Origin: Balanoglossus misakiensis
Lineage: Eukaryota > Animalia > Hemichordata
NCBI GenBank assembly: GCA_040954595.2
Contig: CM082583.2
Location: forward strand, 9,621,556 to 9,685,555
Reading direction: 5' to 3'
Length of the DNA stretch: 64,000 nucleotides
The notes beneath the pieces were generated by a model, which was given only the letters and a program-made list of their open reading frames with translations, ran no database searches and was not told the DNA's origin. Positions 27,269 through 38,100 of the stretch are shown one piece after another; within the stretch, counting starts at the first letter, position 1, and each line of letters starts with the position of its first letter. A program made the position numbers and the translations under genes.

Positions 27269-28919
27269 TTAAGCTTTTATCAATCCTACATCTAATATAC
27301 AAATGTAGCTGTATGATAAATCTAAGTTAAATTTTGTGAATGTTTTGATAATGGGTGTAAATTAAACCAAGTATGATTGTGTAATGACGATTAAAAAAAG
27401 CATTTCCGTGGCCGTCCTTTTTGAATTACTGTCGATCAAGTTTATGATTCTTAGAGCAGTACTGTTGATGTGATAGTATAGTGCTATCTGTCTTAAACTA
27501 AAGTGCTGGTGAAACTAGCACAAAGCCTTAGCTAACCAAACAGTTTGCCTTCACTTCACCAGTGGTCTGTTTTGGACTGGCTGTACCATAATCAGATTCT
27601 GATTTTCCAGTAATTCTATGAAAATTATAAAAAGTACACTTGTGATAAATTCTATTTCTATTAACTATTGAAAACAAATTTATTTAATCTTTTTTTTATC
27701 TATTTTTGCTGCAATGATATTGTAAATTATATAATGTAAACATGTTTGCTGATTTGAAACTAAATTATTATGATAAATAATATTACAAATTTGCTTTGGA
27801 AAACCTTGATATTGAAATCAGAAATTGTAATGTAGTGAGAGTACTGTTTTGTACAAATGACACATTTATTATTTTTTTCACTTGTTTTAAGAGCTGGTGG
27901 AGATTCTTAATTTCTTTTGTACTCGAGACTTTGATATAAATCTGCGAAGATTGTGAAATATACAAGCGCATGTCATGTTAACCTTTTGCACTCTGTTCAG
28001 GGATAAATGGTGTCATAGGTCACCGTGGGTCAAAGTTCAAAGATTACAAACGTATTTGTTATACATATATAGGATTTTCTATGGTTTGATAATATTGTGG
28101 TTCTTATCTGTATATTTTGTTTGATTTCACAGTATATGGTATGCAATCTGGATTCTAATTTATGGAAAGCATGTACAAATCAAAACAGTTTGCAAATAAA
28201 GTGTTTTTCTATCCACAAAAAGATCAGTTTTCTTTGTAACTTCACTACAATTTCGGAATTGTGCTGCAATGATTATGTTGGGAATTGGGTTGTTGAACTT
28301 TTTTGAGTCCCACAACCACCAGTGAAGTTGGTTCCATTTGGAACCCTTAAACTGGTGTATGAGCAGCACATGCAAAAGTGTTTCTTTTGGTAAAGTTACT
28401 TGCAAAGTAAAGAAAGTACTAGTAAAAGTATTGGTGACATCGATAGTCTTGTAGGAAATTTGAATTTTACGCTGAACACTGAATTGGCCAAGCAGGCCAC
28501 CAAAGCGCCCTCACAGGTCAGGAAGGAAGTATTACCAGGTGCGAGGACTGTGTGCATGTGTTCAGGCACAGTCCCTCTTTCTTGAGGGACTGTGTCCTGG
28601 CATAACAGTCCCGAATAGTTTGTTATTGACACCCAAAGTGTTTATAACAAGGTGCCAAAAAGTGCTTTGACAACCGTGGTCTCATTAACATAATTAGATT
28701 AACGTTTGTAAAACAACGAACGTGTTCATTGTCGCTTTTACTTATTCCATCCGCCAGTTACGTCACATGTTATCACGGCAAGCGACACAAGGCAGCTTGC
28801 TTGAATCACGGACGAATCAATGGTCGGTGTTCATTGAAGCGTTTCGCGAACATGAGAAAAGTGTAAATGTGTTAATAAGTCCGGGCACATCTATGCTCAC
28901 CACGTGTGCACTGAGACGA

Positions 28920-29256
28920 GCGAAGTGACGCAATTGTCCGACTAATCTGCCAATCATGTCTTAAACAGCCAATCAGATGAACAGCTTTGCCTGAGCGTCA
29001 GTCAATTTCATTTTCAAATTAAGAATTCGCATTAACGTACAAGCCTGATTGGATTCTAGCTGTTAACTCACTTAGGGGCCTGCGCTTTAATTTAAGACTC
29101 GGAGTAAACTCTGAATGCAAGTTCTGCAGTGTTAGACGCCCACCTGTTGAGTGACAACGTTACCAAGGCAAAATCGATAAATGGCCCGAAGAACTTTAGT
29201 TGTGAGAGTAGATGCGACGGTCGAGGCGACTAATATAATTTGGAAGAGTTCCAAAT
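28920..29256 (+). promoter_or_regulatory. Putative promoter and non-coding first exon of the Tctex1-domain gene (CCAAT boxes, tandem RFX X-box-like sites)
   Basis: CCAAT at 28950 and 28969 and ATTGG near 29048. GTTGAGTGACAAC (29146-29158) abuts GTTACCAAGGCAAA (29159-29172). Donor GTGAGC at 29257 and acceptor TTGCAG ending 29695 lie upstream of the ATG. Confidence 0.5.
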
Positions 29257-29776
29257 GTGAGCTTTTCATTTATTCTTGATCGAAATCAATTATCCTCTTC
29301 GCGACGCTACAGTGGTCATTTCATATCTGGGTGTATTATAATTTGATGCCCCGTGAACACAGTATATACAATACACACACCCAGGTCGTCAGTTGCGCTT
29401 CCCCTCGACTGTTTTGTTAGCAACGACTTCGAAATTTATAACCCCTCACAATATGAACTCAAAGGGTTTTGTCTTCATGGATTTCGCGTGACAATATGAA
29501 AAGACAGGAGTTCTGACCTCGCGCCCCCTAAGGGCAACCCAGCTGAAGTACGCCTTCCCTAAATTGCAAAACACTGTGGTCAACACTCTAGTGTATTTAG
29601 TAGCGCTGTGCTGGTTACATGCGTCAACTGGACTCCGGGGGCATTCGTTGTCTGTGTGTGGTGTGACCGTATTTGGGGATCTCTGACAATTGCAGGAAGA
29701 CTGCGGTGAAAAGATTTCGACAGGAGCTTATTATTGTTCTACCTACAAGAAGCCAACAGTAGACCCAAGACACAAC

Positions 29777-30352
29777 ATGAGCGAACGAAGACCATCCGTG
29801 TCTTCTCGGCGGAGCTCGATACAAGTTGAGCCCAAAGACGGCCAAGGTTTCGTGGTCCAGACCGGGCCATCATCTAGCGTCGACGATGGCGATTCTCACG
29901 GCAAAGGCAAGCCGAGTCTGGCCGCTTTTCGCAGATTCTCCCGGCGCACGTCGATTTTGGGATTCCCGCGGCCGATTCTCAGAAACAAGCCCAAACTGGA
30001 GAACACGTATAAAATGAACGCCGATGGCAACCAGCGTTTCAACGCCACGCGAGTCGAGAAAATGCTTCAGACTCTCCTGAGCTCGCACCTGGACGACAAA
30101 GTGTACGACCCCAAATCGGCCACGTCTCTGGCGGCGAGCATCGCCGACGTAGCGAAACATCAGACCAAAATCATGGGGTTTGAGCGGCACAAGATCGTGA
30201 CTCACGTTGTCATTGGCAACATCGTCAACCAAGGGGTTGAGACCTGCAGTCGGTGCCTCTGGGACGCCAGGAACGACGACTTCGCGTCCGCTTATTACAG
30301 AAATTCGTCGCTTTTCGCGGTCGCGACGGTATACGGAGTTTACATGGAATAA
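29777..30352 (+). CDS. Tctex1-domain-containing dynein light chain (DYNLT5/TCTEX1D1- or DYNLT4-like), intronless CDS, 191 aa
   Basis: First ATG at 29777 (acaacATG) in the 29690-30352 ORF. Tctex-1 family motifs LENTYKM...FN...YDP...FERHKIVTHVVIG...QGV...SRCLWD..ND.FAS..YRN.SLFAVATVYGVYME-stop. Confidence 0.92.
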   Translation: MSERRPSVSSRRSSIQVEPKDGQGFVVQTGPSSSVDDGDSHGKGKPSLAAFRRFSRRTSILGFPRPILRNKPKLENTYKMNADGNQRFNATRVEKMLQTLLSSHLDDKVYDPKSATSLAASIADVAKHQTKIMGFERHKIVTHVVIGNIVNQGVETCSRCLWDARNDDFASAYYRNSSLFAVATVYGVYME

Positions 30353-31630
30353 CTGCTGCATCTCGTCTGCTGCGGATTGACCTGTGTCTGTATGAATGCA
30401 ACAAAAATGTGATGTATTTCGCAGTCGCAAAAGGGAGCAAAACATGACATGAAGGTTACAAAAACGAAATTCTGCTACTATAGTTGCACCACTCTTTCTG
30501 ATCTGCATTGCACCGTGAATGAAGGGATTGCTTTACTCCCCAAAATTACTGACCAGAGAACATGTTTTCAGATGAAACTCCTTTTGTTACAGTGGTGATG
30601 TTTAAGTGGCGTTAAATTGTCGAGTGACGAAAGTGTATTCACAAGTTGTTTGATTCAGCGACGCCAAAAATGTGCGCCTCAAAATGCCTCCAGGAAATTA
30701 GGCCTAATGGATGGATGTAGACTACATGTGCCTGCACGTGGTGGGAATTCAGCTTTGACCACTGAACTGGTCATTTACCACGAGCAGACCAATATATACG
30801 ACCTCTGTGAAGGAACCAAAAATGTCAAAAGTTAGCGACTTTGTCCCTTTAAGGAGTTCATCGGCTTTTGGTTGATTTGTTTGGGCGGCGTTACTATGCT
30901 GCCGTACCGGTTCAGCTCGACTTCGCCTCTCGTGTGTTTTCGTCGATGACAATGCGAAGTGTCTCACGGACAAAAGACACATACCCTCCCTCCCTTGTCC
31001 TGGCTTCACCTCTTTTACACGCAGACGACAATTACCTATAGATTCATATAAATCCACCCCGATCTGCGGCGGCTTTTGTTCTACCGGTGACAAAAGAAAC
31101 CCTTCAATGGCTCGGATTTTATGATCTTGGAAACGGCGGTCCGAAAACAGAAATCGGCGAGATTTAACGCGAATGCAGTCAAGTGGTAATGGGAGTTTGA
31201 TCCCACTTCACATCGACTCGGGGACCGCCCTGTAATTGAGACGGATCAGTTGGAGACCTTCGTAACTGTTTGTCGTTTATAAATTGATGGCCGGGTGGTG
31301 TGAAACTTTTTTTTTTTTTGCAAATGGCCATTTCAAGCGCCTTGTGTGAAACTTTCGACCGGGGAACTTACAAAAAGTGTCAGGGCACTCTAAAGTACTA
31401 GTATAAACTAGCTAAGTTTAAAACTTTGGTTTTCGAGGCGCCAACTACCTTAAATGAACTGTTGTTTCAAACATGAACTGTAATTTACTGTATGCACAAG
31501 TTGCCGAGCGGCTATCAAGTATGACACGTATTCCGTGTACACAATCACGGTCCTTCTATACTCATGACAGAACGATTTACATAGTTTGTATTCAGCTTTC
31601 GTGGCTAATGCAATTTAACATGTGAAACTC

Positions 31631-31646
31631 AATAAAGACGAATAAA
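31631..31646 (+). terminator. Tandem AATAAA, candidate poly(A) signals of the Tctex1-domain gene
   Basis: AATAAA at 31631 and 31641, followed by GT/T-rich sequence. Confidence 0.45.
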
Positions 31647-34177
31647 TAGTATTGTAATGACATGCATGTTGTTTCTGGACTGACAACGGGCTTCATCTTA
31701 AACTTTTATTGCGCTTCTTAAAGGGACATTTCTGCGCCGGCAGATTGCCGTAACCATGGCGACGGAGAACACAGCCGACCGATGCCGTGCTGGGATCACA
31801 AAGTGATTTTTCCGAACAATTCGGATGCAACGTTGTATCTCAGATATTGTTGCATGAGTGGTGAAAGGCCTTTGTGTCGCTAGTTGTTTTGCGTCTATTG
31901 GTTAAACTGACGACAATTTAACAAACATCAATACGTCTCCACAAACGAGACAGATATTTGGCTTACACGCCGACGTGACACAAATAAACTAACGAGTCTG
32001 TTGATGTGTGGAGTGACGAAATTGGATCCTGTTTCGTTTAGGAAGAATGACTGTAGATATTGATGATACTGTACACATAGACACAAGCCCAGACACACAC
32101 ATATATACAGACGTTAAACAAATTCCATTCGGACTGTCTCTGTATTGTTATGTTGTTGTGTAAACAATTACAACCCGTTGAGGAGGGCTCCACGAAAGCC
32201 CTGGTAACCCATCGAGTCACGTGGGCGTTGCTACGCGCTGGAGTAAAGTGGTAATTCATGTTATAACGTAAACAGTCCATGCCTTGCACTGCAGACTACT
32301 TGAGCGTACTCAGGGCTAAAGAGGCTTCCCCGGTAATTGTCGAGTGGGGGCAATATTTTAAAACGCACTTACAAACCCGAATAAAGGTCATTTTAAGTTC
32401 ATTTTCTGTAAATCACATCGGTGCGCCACCAAGTGGTGAGACACCGTCTTACCCTTGTCTTCTGGTACAGTTGATAGCGCGTATCTACAACCACAAATAT
32501 ATAACCCAGTAAAAAGAATACAGACAGAATTGCAAGTTTACATTTCTCTTACTAAGACCATTTTTATTGTATTACGTACAATGTAATATAACATACTTAA
32601 AATAACCCTTGTATTCGTACTCTAATGATGTTTTCTACCAAATGATTCCCAGTTAGATGATTGTATACAGATGGAGATATAGACCTCGATTGCCAACATT
32701 AACAAAAGTGAATTCTTGTTCTAATTATTGAGGTAAAAGTAACGTTATTAAGTACGGAACACACAGAAATGAAACATACAGATAGTGGTGTTTTCAAAAT
32801 CGACTTGTTCACGTGTGACATAGAAAAAAGTTCTAAAAATACAATAACTAAGTGTGAAGACTGTAATGGACAGTGCTAAGTTTTTCTGTTACATTATGTA
32901 TTTTATTAAGAAAGTAATTGGACGTTTCAATCGCGGTTACATTGAAGTTCGCGTGTAGACTAATAGTCAAATTATCGTATATATTATTAATAGAGTACAC
33001 TTGCTGGTTTTATTTGAAACGCGCACTGGCGCGATGATTTCCAAGCCCAAACACACGATTCTTGACAAAAACAACAATTTTCCAAATTTCAAGGAATATT
33101 TAATACAATGGATTCATCTCGTGACCTGTACAGCCTGAGTGTATTGGTTGTAAAAAGTTGTAATCATCTCCGCCCGTTTAATGGCCACCTTCAACGGCGG
33201 CTAATTTCATCATGCTTTAATATCATACTGCCGTAGCAGTTTGAACAGTAGGTTTCAACCCACGCCCGTTGGAGAATACAGAATTGTTAAGTCATGATAA
33301 TTTCTCCCCTTTTATCAAATCTGTCATCACCGGATCACAAGCAGTGATAACTACAGTTGTACACAATGATAGCAGAAATAGGGTTTTTAGGTGGTTTCTC
33401 ATTCAAACAGGAAAATATTACCGTGATGAAGGTGTGAAACGAAGTGCATTTAGTTTAGGCCCACTGTTGTGTTGAACAAGGGACAACTCCACACAGCGAT
33501 GGCTGCAAGAATCCATTGAATGAAAGGACCCACTGAGAGGGCCATCAAAATCACAGTGTGCTATAAATGACGAATATTTCTAGATATTGTGCATTACGTA
33601 AAGAATTGTCCCTACGACATTAAAAATACAGTTAAAAAAATTCTGAAGCGAAGACATTTTATATTTACAAGTGTTCCCAGCTTTCATACAGTTTCCTCTT
33701 TTTTCCCCCTCAAAATAGGACATAATTGAGATTGAAATGAAATTCTTATAGAATTCTGACTACCTTTTTTCCCCTTTTAATTTGTGTTAGGGGGTCAAAT
33801 CACGTGGTACTGAGTTGCACCACGGGTAAAAAAGTGGACCACCCATTGTGCGAAAAGTTTGAAATAGTCCGTGGTACAATGTTAATAGGATAAATCGTCC
33901 AAGTCTATGTATAAATAGCCCCACGGCCGTTGGTTAAACTATCCTAAATTATGAAGAAGAAAATGGCGACATAGTGGAGAACAGAATACATGGAGACGCA
34001 ACAGTGTTGAAAACGGTATGATACAAACAAATAAGTGACACCAAAACGTTTCAAAATGGTAAAGGCGACTTTCTAGATGAGATAATGTGTAATGTTATAG
34101 ATTGACGTGCGGTTACTTGACCGTGAGTGGTCCCATTCAAAACATTCTGCCACCCGGAGGATCACGTGACATGCTCG

Positions 34178-34797
34178 TTAGATCGACGTCTCCTGGGACT
34201 TTTCGGTTTGTTTCTTGGAATTTTGGCGCATGAGCGTCGTCGACTGCATGGTGTGGAATCTGGCCAATCGGCTGTTCTCGTCGGATATTCGGAAAAGTCG
34301 CTTGAAATACTTTTTGTACGTTTTCCCCATGAAGGCGTAGACGAACGGGTTGACGCAGGCGTTGGAGTAGGCGAGGCAGAGGCAGAAGACGCGAAAGTTC
34401 TGAAAGTGGAACGAGTTGAACGGGTAGTGGGAGTCGAAGCGCGCCCAGGTGTTCATGGCCTGCAGGGGACCCCAGGAGATGGCGAACAGCATGACCACGA
34501 TGAGCACCATCCGGGTCACTTTCCTCCGCCGGTGCATGGACTGCTTGACGTCATACAGCCCGCCATCGCTCCTGCCCAGCGCCTCCACCTTCCAGATCTG
34601 CTTCAGTATGAAGCCGTAGCAGACGGCGATGATGGCGAGCGGCAGCAGGTAGACCAGCACCAGCGAGTAGGCCTGGTAGAGCGAGGAGGCCGACACGGAC
34701 GGGAACGCCTCGTAGCAGATGACGATGTCATATCCATTGCAGTCCCAGGTCACCTGCTTGAAGTACATGGCGATCGGCACGTGAAGCAAAAATGACC
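34178..34797 (-). CDS. KISS1R: Kisspeptin receptor-like (GPR54) class A GPCR, terminal exon (TM4 end to TM7 and C-tail)
   Basis: Acceptor at 34798-34799. Encodes GSFLLHVP...CYE.FP...YLLPLAIIAVCY...RRKVTRMVLIVVMLFAISWGPLQ...LAYSNACVNPFVYAFMG; stop at 34178-34180. Confidence 0.88.
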
Positions 34798-35013
34798 CTG
34801 GAAAATAAAGTGAATACTTTTCAATAAATACAGCTTATAAAAAACAGGTGAAACGTGCTCCTCTATGCAAATTTAAAATTTGACATTATTAGACAAAATT
34901 CTGTTTCTTTATCACAGTCCGAATAGATTACACTGGCTGTCTGATTAAGTGAGATGTTTTCTTTTTTACTTTTGCGCCACAAAATATTATCTGTGACATA
35001 AAAGAAAACATAC

Positions 35014-35149
35014 CAATCCATATGACAATGCTGATCATGACAGCTATCTTGGGTGTTCGTTCGTGTCTCGATTTCAGTGGTTGGCTGACAACGTAGTATC
35101 TATCTACTGTCATTGCTGTCAATGTAGCACACGTGGCCTGCACAGACAC
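35014..35149 (-). CDS. KISS1R: Kisspeptin receptor-like GPCR, 136-nt internal exon (TM3-TM4)
   Basis: CAG|GTG acceptor and G|GTATG donor, phase-compatible with the terminal exon. VSVQATCATLTAMTVDRYY...RTPK...IWIG is the KISS1R-type TM3 signature (human VSVQATCATLTAMSVDRWY, from memory). Confidence 0.9.
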
Positions 35150-38100
35150 CTGGAAGGGAAAGGAGATAGATTAGAATCACACAATCACCTCCGATGAACA
35201 ACGCCACCTGCCGGTAAAAACTCCCTCGGTCCTGGATTCCTTGATTACGTACGCAACTGTTTCAACTGATTTATAAAAGCATTGATTTTCAGTCATTGGG
35301 AACATGTTTGCGCTGACTGAAACGTCGCCGAATCAAGATTTACGCGCAGTTCAATTTATTAAGTACGAGGTATAGACTTCTGCCGATAACGTTTCAGTAT
35401 CAAGGCTCGGGCAGATACGGCATGACAGGGGAGGGCTGGTGCTTTTTGTATGACCGCTTTTAATGTCCATGTACCCAGATTTGACTATTAAACACCCTTG
35501 TGATAAAATACAGTAACTATGACATGGAACATGTCATTTACAATTATTCAGCATTTTAAAAGTTTGTACAAACGTCCTTGTGAAATAAAGCGGTCGCTGG
35601 CAATCAAGACAAGCAGCCGCCCGGTACATTTAATGATTAATATAATAAAAGCAAAGAGAGAGTGTCGGATAATCCGTTTAATAGGTTTTATGTGATGACA
35701 GCGAAGGTTTGAACTGAAGCAGTAAAGTTTCACCTTATGCTAACCTTGGATTGCTGAGAAAGAAATCAACAAGACTTAATTTCGATGATTAAATTCGAAT
35801 CACATCGTCTGTGACGTTGAAGGGACAAAAGGTCGAGTCTGCCCTGCCTACATAGAGTCAATATACTTTTAATGTCCTGAAGTACGCAGGAATCCTCGAT
35901 AGGCCCATCTGCAGCCATTAACTATCTATTACCGGAATCGAAAGTCCCCGTCGCTAACTTCTCTAGCAACCAAGTCAAACGTTATTTTCCTTAGCAACAG
36001 GCAGACGACAGACAAACGATAAAGTCAAATGTTGTTCACCCTTTAGCAAGACTGAGGCAAAAACGGTTTGCTTCTCAAACATCATACTCAGAACATTCAC
36101 GCAGCAACACACGCTCAACGACAGAATTCAAAATCCGTATGCAATACATGTTGATGTATAAACCCTCTGAAGCAAACCACACTTTCTCAATTTATATTCA
36201 ATAACAGATCAATTTGCGGATAACTCAGTTAAGACTCGTGTAATGTTGCACCATGAAAAGCTATAATCTGATCGTTTTACACATCGCTAATTAAAATCAC
36301 ACAATAGCTATATGTTCTGTCAAATGCATTTCCCACTTCCAGAGTTTCCCAGTGCCCTGTTCAATTTGATGGTCGGTGGACTTATTGTATCGATCCAAGC
36401 GTTCGGAAAGGGGAAGGTTTCGCGTGTAAGTGTTGTTACCTCAAACGACATCCTGACCGGTGTTACAAATGCCGGATTCTTGTATACAGCGGCAGGTCTA
36501 AATGTATAAAGGGGAAAGCTTAATGCAGGTGGCTTTCATTTTGCACGGTCAGTTCCATTAAGCACAAAATGATGATGCGTTTGGACGCGGTCGACCTTTG
36601 ACAGCCGCCACGACGAGAACACAAATCAAGTACGGTGGCGGCCTCTTGGAACCCATCGGAACCGCTGCCCCAATATCTTGATTGGATATTCTTAAAAACG
36701 CGGATGTTCTGGGGTCACTGCCTTCATTCCATTCGCTTCGAAGAGCATCGTTAAAACTCTGCAAATAAACAAGTAAACGGGTTCCTCTTCGTCTAGAAAG
36801 AAAGTCCACGAGGTCAGTTAGGAGGTCGGCGGATTTATTGTATCGATCTAAGTGGAAACGACAACACTGACTTGCTACTCCCGTTTCTAATGGATAGAAC
36901 AGGTGTTACACGATTTGCTCGTCAACATGCTCAATGCGTCAGTGTTCTGGAAAAGTCTCCTGCACGAGACTTGATTCCCAAATAGCATCTTTCTGAGAGT
37001 GACTGGTAAATATACAGTGTCTGTATTTCCCTGGCTGAGTGAAGTTATCGAAATGAAGCATACGAAACTCCAATGCGATTAATTACGCGTTTTTTTCTCG
37101 GCAGGGCAACTTTAACAGAAAAATCTAAGAACCTTCGTTTCATAAGACGCAGTGCAATCTAAATAGTTTCAACCACATTTAATAGCGCCCCTGAGAGAAA
37201 ACTGGTCGATTTAACAGGTATGCCGTGGTAGACTGTGATTGTATTTATTAGCTTTGTGAAAAGAATGTAGTCGGGCACAATAGAAACTCCACTTGACATC
37301 TCAGAATCTTGAATTGAATGGACTGCTTTACTCGAAGCCAATGAAGTCTTATTTGGAAACTCCGGAAATTTGGTCAAACTCTGGTGCTGGATGGGACTAC
37401 TTGTGGTGAAATACACACGCTGACTTGGTTTCTTTTAATCTCCCGAACCTTTTTCATCGCAGCCTTTGACATTTAATACTTCAAACAATGTTAACATTGA
37501 ACCGTATGTATTATCTGAGAATAGAAGTGAAGGACACTGTTCAAATATTCCCTGATTTGCGGGTTTCCTTATTTGAAATCGTTGATTTCGGATGAAGAAA
37601 GAAGGTTTACAGCAGTCATGCACTGAGTAAATCAACAATATGGGTATATTTGACAAAATTTGCACGTCTCGTGTGGAAAATTATGGGATTAACACAGAGC
37701 ACGATGCGATTGGTAAACAAGCCAATATGGCCAGTTCCTTCTCGGTCATATTTTGTCGCTCATTTACGCTGAAACGTGCCTCTGTGAACTTGTCAAAAAA
37801 TCTTCTTTTGTAATTTAGGACTGTAATGAATTGCCACCTCTCACCATACGTGACAGTTTTAAAATCATATCCGAACTCTTCAATCAATATGATATTAAAA
37901 AGACCGCGTGTCATCATCACATACCGTAACTTCACAGAACTTCTTTTCATTGGTTGGTTGTCATGAAATTTTGCATATGAATAGGCATTTGAAGTCACGA
38001 GTGAGTAGTCTATACCTTTAGTCCCTGCTTTAGTCTATAGTCATGTTAAATTGATATACTTTTTATTTGACAATGTCACGAAGCACAATGCCCCTGAATT

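Noticed and set aside
29870-30508. 212-aa minus-strand ORF
   Set aside because: Antisense shadow of the Tctex1-domain CDS.
31299-31355. T13 run flanked by two GTGTGAAACTTT copies, suggesting a retroposon tail with target-site duplication
   Set aside because: Only about 35 bp lie between the copies and there is no SINE A/B-box body; insufficient support.
34127-34795. 222-aa + strand ORF
   Set aside because: Antisense shadow of the GC3-rich GPCR terminal exon; no recognisable motif.
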